From an uncultured Verrucomicrobiae bacterium (GTDB taxonomy: Bacteria; Verrucomicrobiota; Verrucomicrobiia; Limisphaerales; JAFGQR01): a stretch of DNA of 64,000 nucleotides. Shown in pieces: positions 44,085 to 53,108 of this stretch. Position numbers and translations under genes: made by a program. Location of the stretch: NCBI GenBank assembly GCA_963788655.1, contig CAWBHS010000090.1, positions 133,431-197,430 on the forward strand, in the 5' to 3' direction. How positions within the stretch are numbered: position 1 is the first letter of the stretch; every line of letters starts with the position of its first letter. The notes under the pieces were generated by a model, which made no database searches, was not told where the DNA came from, and saw nothing but the letters and a program-made list of their open reading frames with translations.

Positions 44085-44460
44085 TCAAATCTCCTGCACC
44101 GAGGTGTTCTGAAGGTCGGCCAGGGGCTGCCCTGCACCTCGTCAAAGTGATAGTAGCGAATGGAAGGATCGGCGTTCAGTTGCCGGTTGCCGTCAATATA
44201 CGGCATCGGGGTTCTCGTTCTCAGCGAAGACGAACTTGCGCAGCGCGAATCTTGCGCCTGTCGCCGGTGTAATGCTCGATGGTGCGTTTCAGGCTGGCGA
44301 CCCAGCACATTCCAGCCTTGAGTTGCGGGACGATCTTCTCGGCGCTCAGGCTCTTCGACTTGAACTCGATGCAATCGGCGTGGAACGCGCGGCCATTGAC
44401 ATAAAAAATCACGAAATCGCAGCGCTTCGACCACGGCTTCGCATTGTCATCAAGGAAATG
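44085..44460 (-). pseudogene. 5'-truncated PD-(D/E)xK-like hypothetical gene upstream of hsdR
   Basis: KRCDFVIF...CIEFKS...VPQLKAG; 5' end lost at the junction near 44460. Confidence 0.5.
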
Positions 44461-44551
44461 GACGCCGCCTGCTCCGCGACCTCGTCGCACTGCCCGAGGA
44501 GCGCGGCGGCCAGGGGGCAGCGGTGGCGGTCCTTCGTCTTCCGCCGCCCGC

Positions 44552-45433
44552 TCATCGCTCCGGCTCCTGCTCAGAGGTCGGCGAGGTCTGCGCGGTCTGC
44601 GAAGCCTGCGAGGCCGGAGACGCCGGAGAGGGCGCCGGACCGGCCGCCAGCTTGGACAGAATCCTGCCGGTGCGCGCCAACGTCTCATCGCCCACCGACA
44701 GCAGGAAGTGCGCCAGCGCCAACGGCCGCAGCCGCAGCTCGTCGAGCACCGTCAACACCCTCGGCAGATCCTCGTTGCGGCCGCGGACGGTGCCCCAGTC
44801 CCGATCAGAGCGCGCGGGCGGCGCCCCGCACCCGGACACCAGCAGGGACAGATCCTCCTCCTCCGCATCCAGGTCCTCCACCAGCTCGAACCGGGGCGCA
44901 CGACCGGTCAGCGGCAGTGCCGCGGCCGTCAGGTACGCGAGGTCGGGCTCGGCGAGCAGCGCCCGCGGCGCCTCCTCGCCCTCGCCGACACAGGCCCAGC
45001 GGAACGCGGCCGGTGGAGCGCCGGCGTTCGGGGCGCCCGCGGGCGGAGACGACGCACCCGGTGAAGAGGGCGGACAGAACTCGACCCACTCAATCCACTC
45101 GACCGGCTCGACCCGGAAGGGCCCGGCGTTCGCCGCCTCCGGCGTCGGCGGGTGATCGTGCTCCGTACGGAGCCGTTCGAGGAACTCGGACGAGAAGGCG
45201 TTTGGGAGGGTGGACGGTCGCGAGGGGGGACGGTCGCCTCGACCGGGAGCCTGGTCGGACGGAGAGCCGGACCGAGGGCCGGACGAATCGTCAGGCGAGT
45301 GGCCAGAGGAGTGGGCCGACGGGGCCTCGGAGGCCAATTCGTATACAGACCCGGAAGGCTCTATAGACGCTCCGGACGGCGCCTCGGAGGGGTTACAGCG
45401 TCTCTTGCTAGACTCATCTTCAGATCGGCACAT
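44552..45433 (-). CDS. Hypothetical protein, very high GC, low-complexity N-terminus
   Basis: AAGGAG RBS; globular core NAFSSEFLERL...AYLTAAALP...LARTGRIL; stop overlaps an ATG at 44555 of a gene truncated near 44460. Confidence 0.6.
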   Translation of the reverse strand: MCRSEDESSKRRCNPSEAPSGASIEPSGSVYELASEAPSAHSSGHSPDDSSGPRSGSPSDQAPGRGDRPPSRPSTLPNAFSSEFLERLRTEHDHPPTPEAANAGPFRVEPVEWIEWVEFCPPSSPGASSPPAGAPNAGAPPAAFRWACVGEGEEAPRALLAEPDLAYLTAAALPLTGRAPRFELVEDLDAEEEDLSLLVSGCGAPPARSDRDWGTVRGRNEDLPRVLTVLDELRLRPLALAHFLLSVGDETLARTGRILSKLAAGPAPSPASPASQASQTAQTSPTSEQEPER

Positions 45434-46155
45434 GGGGTAGCTCCTTGTGTCGGTTCAGGGCGCGGCAGAGGGTCCAAGCTCTGTCGCGTCCGTCTGGTTC
45501 GTGTGATTGGTTCGTCGTCAATTGTCATTGACGCTTCGTTTGGTTGGCAGCCTCCTCTCTGTCGATACGGGTCTCAGTTGTCCCCTGCCATGTTACGCTG
45601 ATTTTACGACGCTACATCTGATGCTGTCAAGCACGCGCTGAACGACGAGCGGCCGGAAGATGCCGCAGTGCTTCCTTGCTGAACCACCGCTCGATGCAGA
45701 GCGTGCGACACCAGCTCGTGCGTATCAGCGTCTCAAGCCCGAGAAACGACAAGATCGATCCACGCCAGGACCGTACACGAATCTGGGGATCGTGGCAGCC
45801 GTGGCGGGGGCTGTTGGAGGAATGCTCATAGGCCCAGGAGGGTCACGATGAATGATCTTAGCTGACGCGGATGCGTCCCCGAGCTTCGTCGGCGTTGTTT
45901 CCTCGCCAGCACCTGCATAAGCGGCGTTGGTGTCGAGGTCTTCAGCCAGGGCCTCCCTGCACGCCCCGTCGCTTGACCTCGTAGCGTACCGGTCGGCAGG
46001 TTAGCGAAGACGGGGCGCTAACCGCGCCTCTGGCGCTTGGCGTCTTCTGTCCACTCCTGCGGCTCGGGAGGCCTCGCCTGGAGTACCATGGAACCTCCGT
46101 CAGTGAACAGGATCCGGGGAAGGTCGGCAGGAATTCACATGATAGGATACCTCTT

Positions 46156-47736
46156 GTGACGACATCCTACCTCAATCAAGCGCTTCTTCGGTTGCAGAAG
46201 AGAGCTGAGGGCAGCGGCAGCGAAAAGCTCATTCGCACCTTCGTCGATGTCGGCCCCCTCTTCTCATTGTTGAGCAGCCAAGATCACCAAGTGGTCTTTG
46301 GGAGGCGCGGGACCGGCAAGACCCACGCATTCAGGTATCTTGCGGAAGACCGAAGGATGAATGGAGATGCGGTTGCGATTATAGACCTTCGCAATGTCGG
46401 CTCCAGCGCTGGGATTTACGCCGATGATACGATACCAGCCTCTGAGAGGGCAACGCGCCTGTTGGTCGATGTTCTGAGCGCCATTCACGATGCCCTTCTG
46501 GCCTTCTTCATTGAGAATGATGTCGAATTGAATCTATCGGTTGCAGGGCCGGCGCTGGACACCCTGGCAGATTCCATTACCCAGGTTCGGGTCGTAGGCT
46601 CTGTTGAAGCGGAGAAGTCCGCTGCAAGTGCCAGAGCAAGGGAAGAGAACCTTGGCTTTCAGGGTGATTTATCGACTCGCGGCCCTTCGATAGGGGCGCA
46701 GTTCAACTCCCACAGCAGTCGAAAGATTAGCCTGTCATCTATTGAGCGCCGCTCTGGGAAAGAGCAGCTATATGTAAATTTTGGCTCAACGGGGGCTGCT
46801 TTTAGAGGTATAGCCGAGAAGCTGAAGGGCCGGAGAATATGGGTGCTGCTTGATGAGTGGAGTAGTATTCCTCTCTCGTTGCAACCGTATCTGGCGGATC
46901 TGGTCCGTCGATCGCTCTTCCCAGTATCTGGCATCACTGTCAAGATCGCAGCAATTGAGCAGCGCTCCACTTTCCGGCTGTCTGGCGATGCGGGAAACTA
47001 TGTTGGCATTGAGCTTGGCGCTGATGCGGCAGCCGATATCAACCTAGATGATTTCATGGTGTTCGACAACAACGCTACAAGGGCAAAGGAGTTCTTTCAG
47101 AAGCTCATAGCGCGGCATATCAAGGCAGTCGTAAGCGGGACTGACCTTGAGTCAAAGGTGCCTACGAAGTCCTCAGAGATTATCGGCAACGCGTTCACGG
47201 AGAAACGTGCCGTTGAGGAGTTTGTCCGCGCTTGCGAGGGAGTACCCAGAGACGCGATCAACATTATTGCGCTGGCTGCACAGCGTGCGCTCGAAAGTCC
47301 GATCTCCGTCCAGCACATCAGGGTAGCTGCAGGGAATTGGTATCAACGCGATAAGGAGAGGAACGCTAGCGCAAGTGAAGAGGCGCTTCGGCTCCTTCAC
47401 TGGATCATTGACGAGGTGATTGGTGAAAGGCGCGCCCGTGCCTTCCTTCTCCAGAGAGGCATCAGTGCACCCCTGGTCGAGGATCTCTATGATTGTAGAG
47501 TATTGCACGTCTTGAAGCGAGGCATCTCAACTCATGACCAACCGGGAGTGCGATACGATGTCTACAAGCTGGACTATGGCTGCTATGTCGACCTAATTAG
47601 TACTGCTAAGGCGCCGCAAGGGCTCTTACCAACCGATGGCGAAGACGGCGTAGAGGGATATATTGATGTTCCTCCGGACGATTACCGGTCAATCCGCCGT
47701 GCTATTCTAGATTTGCGAAAGTTTTACGGGGAGTAG
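46156..47736 (+). CDS. P-loop ATPase, STAND/ORC-CDC6-like
   Basis: Walker A GRRGTGKT, Walker B VLLDEW, sensor GVPRD, C-terminal wHTH-like YKLDYGCY. Confidence 0.8.
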   Translation: MTTSYLNQALLRLQKRAEGSGSEKLIRTFVDVGPLFSLLSSQDHQVVFGRRGTGKTHAFRYLAEDRRMNGDAVAIIDLRNVGSSAGIYADDTIPASERATRLLVDVLSAIHDALLAFFIENDVELNLSVAGPALDTLADSITQVRVVGSVEAEKSAASARAREENLGFQGDLSTRGPSIGAQFNSHSSRKISLSSIERRSGKEQLYVNFGSTGAAFRGIAEKLKGRRIWVLLDEWSSIPLSLQPYLADLVRRSLFPVSGITVKIAAIEQRSTFRLSGDAGNYVGIELGADAAADINLDDFMVFDNNATRAKEFFQKLIARHIKAVVSGTDLESKVPTKSSEIIGNAFTEKRAVEEFVRACEGVPRDAINIIALAAQRALESPISVQHIRVAAGNWYQRDKERNASASEEALRLLHWIIDEVIGERRARAFLLQRGISAPLVEDLYDCRVLHVLKRGISTHDQPGVRYDVYKLDYGCYVDLISTAKAPQGLLPTDGEDGVEGYIDVPPDDYRSIRRAILDLRKFYGE

Positions 47737-48101
47737 CTGGCGGGGTTGCAGAGGAACAAAAAGCCGTTGGTCTGGCTCGGTAAGAAGTGAGCGGATTCGC
47801 GTTGTGTAAGTCGGCCTTCACCGACCGTCCTACACTGGCTCAGCGGGCTTCTCTCGTCGCTCCTGTGGATCGGCAGGGGTCGTGTACGTGCCATGGTACC
47901 GCGTCCGATTGTGATGGAACTCCAGACATGCCCTAGAATCAAAGCACTACGTAACTGGGCGAGTGTAGCTGCGAGCGTAAGGACTCAAGAGATCATGACC
48001 CCACAGTTGGGCCAGCCGGGACCTTCGGGAGTTGCTGAACGTTGCCGGGGATCTGACCTTGGCTCTCAATGCCTTGCCGCTGGTGCCCAGACCTAGACCG
48101 G

Positions 48102-49058
48102 TCACGTATGAATCCAGTATTCGATCCTCCTCGAGAGATTCTCGTCTCGCTGGTCGATTTGTAAGCTTTCTCTTAGCCAGCGAGCAAGGCCCGCCTCTTC
48201 CAACTCTCGCCAAGCTCTAGTCACGGCCGGAGGCTTCAACCGAACTCCCGACACGACGGCGACCTGTGTCTCCTTGCAGCCGTTCTCATGGAGGGCCAGG
48301 AGCCTACTGTGTCCTTCGATCAGAATGTAGCTTCCATCAAGAGATTCGACGACAGGAGGCACAAGGAGGCGGCCCGGACCGTTCCCGGTTGAAACCTTCG
48401 CAGGCACGAAGGGCGCTAGCCCTGCATTACGGAAGCACTCAAGTAGGGCGCGCGCCTGCGTCAGCTTATAGCTGCGCACAAATTTCTGGCTTACCATTAG
48501 CTCCTCTATCTCCACATCCGCAATGGACACTTGTGCAGTAGCGTAGAGCGGTACCCGCCGGAGGGCTGCTTCCAGATCAGGGGCCTGGACCTCCGACATC
48601 CTCAGTCTCGCCGGCTCGTTCCATCTCTTCCGAGTGAGGTGGCGACGCAGCAAATCATCCAATCGTTCCAGGGATGCTGCTTGTGATCCTTGGGAAGGTG
48701 CCGATGGGCGAGTAACGATCGCCTTTGCTGCTTCTGCCTCACCGATTGCGACTCTGTCGACCGCCACTGCGCACAAAAGCCCGGCGTCAATTCTTACTCC
48801 CACCGCCACAGAACAACCAAGTTGCTCAAGAATCCTACGTCGCTTCGAGTATCGCCACTCGTTACCCATGCCAGAGAAGTTGACGATGACCTCCACGCCA
48901 GTCAGTCTAGCCGCTATGACGGATGCAAGTGCGAAGAAGACCCAATCCCGAGTTGTGGAGAAGATCGCTACCTCGGATCGCGCCAAAGACATTGCTGTCA
49001 CGACTGCCTCCGACGCAGCCTCACGATCAGCAATTGCCGAATCAGGGTGATTCACCAC
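48102..49058 (-). CDS. Degenerate PLD-like N-domain plus ParB/Srx-like C-domain protein
   Basis: AAGGA RBS before GTG 49058; VSQ, PPVVE..GSYILIEGHSRL. Confidence 0.6.
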   Translation of the reverse strand: MVNHPDSAIADREAASEAVVTAMSLARSEVAIFSTTRDWVFFALASVIAARLTGVEVIVNFSGMGNEWRYSKRRRILEQLGCSVAVGVRIDAGLLCAVAVDRVAIGEAEAAKAIVTRPSAPSQGSQAASLERLDDLLRRHLTRKRWNEPARLRMSEVQAPDLEAALRRVPLYATAQVSIADVEIEELMVSQKFVRSYKLTQARALLECFRNAGLAPFVPAKVSTGNGPGRLLVPPVVESLDGSYILIEGHSRLLALHENGCKETQVAVVSGVRLKPPAVTRAWRELEEAGLARWLRESLQIDQRDENLSRRIEYWIHT

Positions 49059-49587
49059 AGAGATCGTCCTTGCGGCATTGGGGAGAAGCCAAAACGACGT
49101 GATCGATGAAAGACCGCTTCCCCTCAGTATAGGCGGATCGGTCGTGCGGATACTTCTTCGCAAGCCTCCTCTTCAGAAGAGCGTATTTCCGAGCTACTTC
49201 GGGATTGTCTCGAAGGTAGTCGCGGAAACGCACGCTGCGGAGCCATATGGCACCGCGGTGCTCAACTACATGAAGATGTACCAGCCGCCACTCTGGCGGC
49301 CCTTTGTGAAAGTACTCCAATCCTGGGAATCGCAGCGCCATCTCTGGGACACTCGAGTACCCTAGTTGTGTGAGTTTACGAGTCATCTCGGGCGCGAGCG
49401 GAAGCGCGGCGACGCCAAGCAGAATGTCAACGATAGGTTTCGCGACCATGCCCTCCACTGCAGTGCTTCCGAAATGTTCCACAGCAAGAGCGCCAGTGCC
49501 AAGGCACTCTCTGAGTAATCGCTCTTCGCGAGCAAATATGTCCTTCCATGACGCTTGGTACTCGGCAAGATGGACCTGTAAAGTCAT
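49042..49587 (-). CDS. GrpB-family nucleotidyltransferase-fold protein
   Basis: VEHFGSTAVEGMVAKPIVDI, HLHV, FRDYLR, YALLKRRLA, YTEGK. Confidence 0.9.
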   Translation of the reverse strand: MTLQVHLAEYQASWKDIFAREERLLRECLGTGALAVEHFGSTAVEGMVAKPIVDILLGVAALPLAPEMTRKLTQLGYSSVPEMALRFPGLEYFHKGPPEWRLVHLHVVEHRGAIWLRSVRFRDYLRDNPEVARKYALLKRRLAKKYPHDRSAYTEGKRSFIDHVVLASPQCRKDDLCGESP

Positions 49588-51074
49588 GGCTCAGTAGGCT
49601 TGCTGCGTTGTTCGCTGTCCAACTTCGAGGCGTCCTGCTGGGCTTCTCCGTGGCTCTTGATAAACTGGATTGGTGAGGAGGAAGCAGAAGTCAATCTGTC
49701 GTTCTCTATGACCTTGGGTGGGTCAGTCGTCGGGCTCGTCGAACTGGAAAGGTCGTGGGCAAAGAACCTCAGACCTGTCCAAGTCACTAAGAGCACAATC
49801 GAGCACACAAGAAGCTTCGAGGCAATACGCTCAGCATAGAGTTTAGAGTAGTTGGAGGCGCGGAGCTCGTAGAGTCGGAAATTCATGAGAGCGTCCGCAT
49901 TGTAGCTCCTGTACTTGTCGTAGAAGAACGCTTGGTGTTGATGCGCTTGAAGAGCCTGAGAAGATTCCCGAAGCCGTCGATACTGGTCAATTGGATCGCC
50001 AGGCAGTGCGACTGACTTCCCGAAAAGGATCCCTATCAGCTGCTTCATCTTAGATCGGATGCGCTGCCCCGAGTTGTTTCCACTTGTTTGCCGTGCGGTA
50101 TAGGTCATAATGGAGTACAACAAGGAAAAGACAGCGGATAGGAATGCCAGAGACAAGATCACGTCACTTGCTCGACTAAGAGCGTGAAAGGACGACATCG
50201 AAGAGTCAGGGTCTATAAGGAGCTTGCCGGAAACTGCTGTCAGTACGCCGGCGAGCGCAACACTCGTTGACGCCTTTCTGTCAATGTCGCTGAGCCAATC
50301 GGAATATTGACCGATAAACATGTCCCTTAGTGATCGCATCTGCGCCGTGCCGGCCGCAAGGCCCTGGACAATGCCGGGCACCTCCGCCCAAGAAGTCGCA
50401 ATAGTTAAGCCGATCTCATCCTTGATTTGAAGTTCCAGAATTTCGGAAGTTCGCAGGGTGGACGTCAACAGTATTGCGGGAATGCCATTTAGATGAGCAG
50501 CGCGGACATCTTCTCCACGGTCTCCCACGTAAGCAGCAACGCGGTAGTTGCCATCGAGGGAACGTACTATGGACGTCTTCAAGGCCAGGGGACTGGTAGA
50601 GTCGGGATCCGTATTCATGAGCAGATCGCAATCGCCTATCTCAAGACCCGCTCGCTTCAGCTCCCTCAAAGTCGCAGCGCGGAGGCTTTCTGGGCGTGCA
50701 GTTACTATAACGATCCGATACATGGCAGAGCGCAAGCGGTCCACTGCCTCACGACTGCCCTCGAAAAGGGGAGCGGGGTACTTTTGGATTGCATCTCTCG
50801 AATCGAGATGAGCAAAGAAACTGCGAGAGGCATCATGTGTACGGTCGCCTAGGACAGAAGTTAGCCAGTAATCGTCACGGATGGCGGGCATACCGATGCC
50901 TGTGGATCTCTCAGGGAACATCTCGCGCAGGAGTGGAAGCTTTCTTATTGTTGTGTCAAGGAGAGTGTTGTCTAGGTCGAGTACAAGGCAGGCCTGTTGG
51001 ACTGGGCTGGAACTTCCCCCCTCTGGCTGAAAGGCAGTGGGCAGTGGGAGAGGCGTTGACTTTGTCCGCTTCAT
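49584..51074 (-). CDS. HAD phosphatase fused to a Pycsar-effector-like 3-TM domain
   Basis: GGAGG RBS; DLDNTL, VTAR, K, VGDRGED; then WLSDIDRKA-TM1, TM2, NYSKL-TM3. Confidence 0.72.
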   Translation of the reverse strand: MKRTKSTPLPLPTAFQPEGGSSSPVQQACLVLDLDNTLLDTTIRKLPLLREMFPERSTGIGMPAIRDDYWLTSVLGDRTHDASRSFFAHLDSRDAIQKYPAPLFEGSREAVDRLRSAMYRIVIVTARPESLRAATLRELKRAGLEIGDCDLLMNTDPDSTSPLALKTSIVRSLDGNYRVAAYVGDRGEDVRAAHLNGIPAILLTSTLRTSEILELQIKDEIGLTIATSWAEVPGIVQGLAAGTAQMRSLRDMFIGQYSDWLSDIDRKASTSVALAGVLTAVSGKLLIDPDSSMSSFHALSRASDVILSLAFLSAVFSLLYSIMTYTARQTSGNNSGQRIRSKMKQLIGILFGKSVALPGDPIDQYRRLRESSQALQAHQHQAFFYDKYRSYNADALMNFRLYELRASNYSKLYAERIASKLLVCSIVLLVTWTGLRFFAHDLSSSTSPTTDPPKVIENDRLTSASSSPIQFIKSHGEAQQDASKLDSEQRSKPTEP

Positions 51075-51126
51075 GCGAGTACCTCCATTCTGACCAGGTC
51101 GAGAGCCAGCAAATGCGAGGTTACTT

Positions 51127-52038
51127 CTATTTTGAGCATTTAGGAAGAATAGCTTCAACGGGTACTATGGCTTCAGTCTTGTATCGCTGGGCCCAGACCA
51201 AGTCCAAGGCCTCTGCGGCGGGCAAGGCGCCGTCTCTGCCAGGGAAGAAGAGCGTGTCGTCAAAGAGGTTTCCCATTACAAATGGAGGAGCGCGATGTCG
51301 CGGCAGAACTAGGTGGTCTTCCTCGTTTAGAACACAGAAGAAGTCGGAGTACGAGAAATCGTGAATCTTCACTCCGTTTGGAAAACCAGAGGCTAGGCTA
51401 GACAGGCGGCGGGAAAGAGCGGAAAGACCTCGACCTCTCAGAGATCCAGAGAAGTTGTCTCCTGGGTCGAGCACCGCATCGAGTTGGTTCACTCCAGTCG
51501 GGATGTAGCGCAGTATGAGTACCTGAGAGACCCCGGCTGCCGAGGCGTCAGAGAGGAATCGCTCCACGGCTAACTCTGATTGCTTTGTGAGCATATAGTT
51601 TGCTCCTACCTGGATGCCCTGTTGGATGAGGCGCCTCGTGACCCCTAGGAGCAGGCGGTAGTGGCGCCTTCCCATGGTCCGGTCGTGGAGGGCGCAATCG
51701 CCGTAGAAACTTAGCTTTAGATACTCTAGCCGGTTAAGAAACTTGGGAACTCGCCTCACAAGGGAGTCACCGTTGGTTGTGAGGAGCTGACGAATGCCTG
51801 TTCTGTGCCCTAGCTCAAGTGCCTCCGGGAACTGCGGGTGGCCCAACGCTTCGCCGCCGCTGTAGGAGAGCTTCTCGACGCCCACGCTCGCGAGACGGGC
51901 GAAGTAACTCTGAAGATCTCTCCGAGAGTGTGAGTGATCTGGGCCGCTTCGGGAGAGGCAGAAAGGGCAGGAGCGGTTGCACCAACGAGTGAACCTCCAA
52001 CACACGATCTTGTGAGATGAGATGTGCCTCTTAGACAA
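51127..52038 (-). CDS. Radical SAM enzyme (viperin-like N-terminus)
   Basis: CxxxCxxC CNRSCPFC, SGGE, TTNG. Confidence 0.88.
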   Translation of the reverse strand: MSKRHISSHKIVCWRFTRWCNRSCPFCLSRSGPDHSHSRRDLQSYFARLASVGVEKLSYSGGEALGHPQFPEALELGHRTGIRQLLTTNGDSLVRRVPKFLNRLEYLKLSFYGDCALHDRTMGRRHYRLLLGVTRRLIQQGIQVGANYMLTKQSELAVERFLSDASAAGVSQVLILRYIPTGVNQLDAVLDPGDNFSGSLRGRGLSALSRRLSSLASGFPNGVKIHDFSYSDFFCVLNEEDHLVLPRHRAPPFVMGNLFDDTLFFPGRDGALPAAEALDLVWAQRYKTEAIVPVEAILPKCSK

Positions 52039-53050
52039 CCAGTGCCCCTCTCTCTAGCGCCAGCTTCGCGAAGGTAAGAGAGGTCCCCTGATAGCCAGTG
52101 GCCGCCTGAAACCGGAAGGTCGTGCCGTGAGCCTCTTCGAGTCCTCCAAGTTCCCACTGAATCGAAGGGAACTCGACCTCTCCATAATCTTCGAACCTCA
52201 GGCGTATACGTCTCGGCATGTAGAAGCTGTGGCCACCAGTAGGCATGGGTGTGCACGGCGCACCTACGAGTAGACGGGCGACGGACTCGCTGAGATGGGT
52301 AGTCTGGGGGAAGGCATGTCGCTGAGGATATGTATCGCCTTCGCAGGCGAAGAAGACCCCGATCTCGAGGCTGCCAGATTTGAGATATGGGGTTCCCTTC
52401 AGGAAGATGGAGGTCAGTGTCTCCCTGTTTAGGGCTCCGCTCTTGGAAGAATATCGCCTTGCGCGTAATCTGATCTCCTTTGGAGAGAAGCGCCTGACTG
52501 AAGCGCGCAGGACCTGCTGAGTGTTGACGATGAGAGCCATTGGAGAGTATTGGGAGTTGGTTGTATCAACCAGCACATCCCAGTCAGATGAGGCAATTTC
52601 ACGATGCACTCTGCGAGAGCCATACAGGAAGACTCGCGCTCCCATGGACTCAACCACCTCAGCTAGGCGCATCACGATCGCTGGAGCTGTTGAGAGATCA
52701 GCAATAGGCACCTCCGCACGGGGGTGGATGGCTCGAATCGAAGAAGTACTTAGGGCTGCTAGATTGAAAAAGGAATGAGTTTGAGTGGCCCTATGTCTGC
52801 GCCCGAGATGAGAGATGGGCTGGTTTGCCTCAAGTTTACGGATCTGTAGACAGGAGGGAGGGTAGATAGGTTTTGCCAAGACCTGGTTGTGATTGGATGG
52901 CACGACAGCCCTCACCACATAGATCCAGCCATCCTGATCCTCGACATAGTCGAAAGCACGGAGCCTAGGAGCTCGGCTCTTAAGAAGTGGGTCGCCGAAG
53001 GATTGATCTTGTTCAAGGGTGCCGTCGCCGCAGGAGGAGGAATCGGCCAT
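52031..53050 (-). CDS. Pol-beta superfamily nucleotidyltransferase (COG1665-like)
   Basis: FLYGS...SSDWDVLV motif; N-terminal RLRAFDYVEDQDGWIYVV. Confidence 0.65.
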   Translation of the reverse strand: MADSSSCGDGTLEQDQSFGDPLLKSRAPRLRAFDYVEDQDGWIYVVRAVVPSNHNQVLAKPIYPPSCLQIRKLEANQPISHLGRRHRATQTHSFFNLAALSTSSIRAIHPRAEVPIADLSTAPAIVMRLAEVVESMGARVFLYGSRRVHREIASSDWDVLVDTTNSQYSPMALIVNTQQVLRASVRRFSPKEIRLRARRYSSKSGALNRETLTSIFLKGTPYLKSGSLEIGVFFACEGDTYPQRHAFPQTTHLSESVARLLVGAPCTPMPTGGHSFYMPRRIRLRFEDYGEVEFPSIQWELGGLEEAHGTTFRFQAATGYQGTSLTFAKLALERGALVV

Positions 53051-53108
53051 ATTCTAGGAGGTTGGCTTGACAAGATCCTTGGGAGAGACTGAAACGGCGC
53101 CGAAGGTC

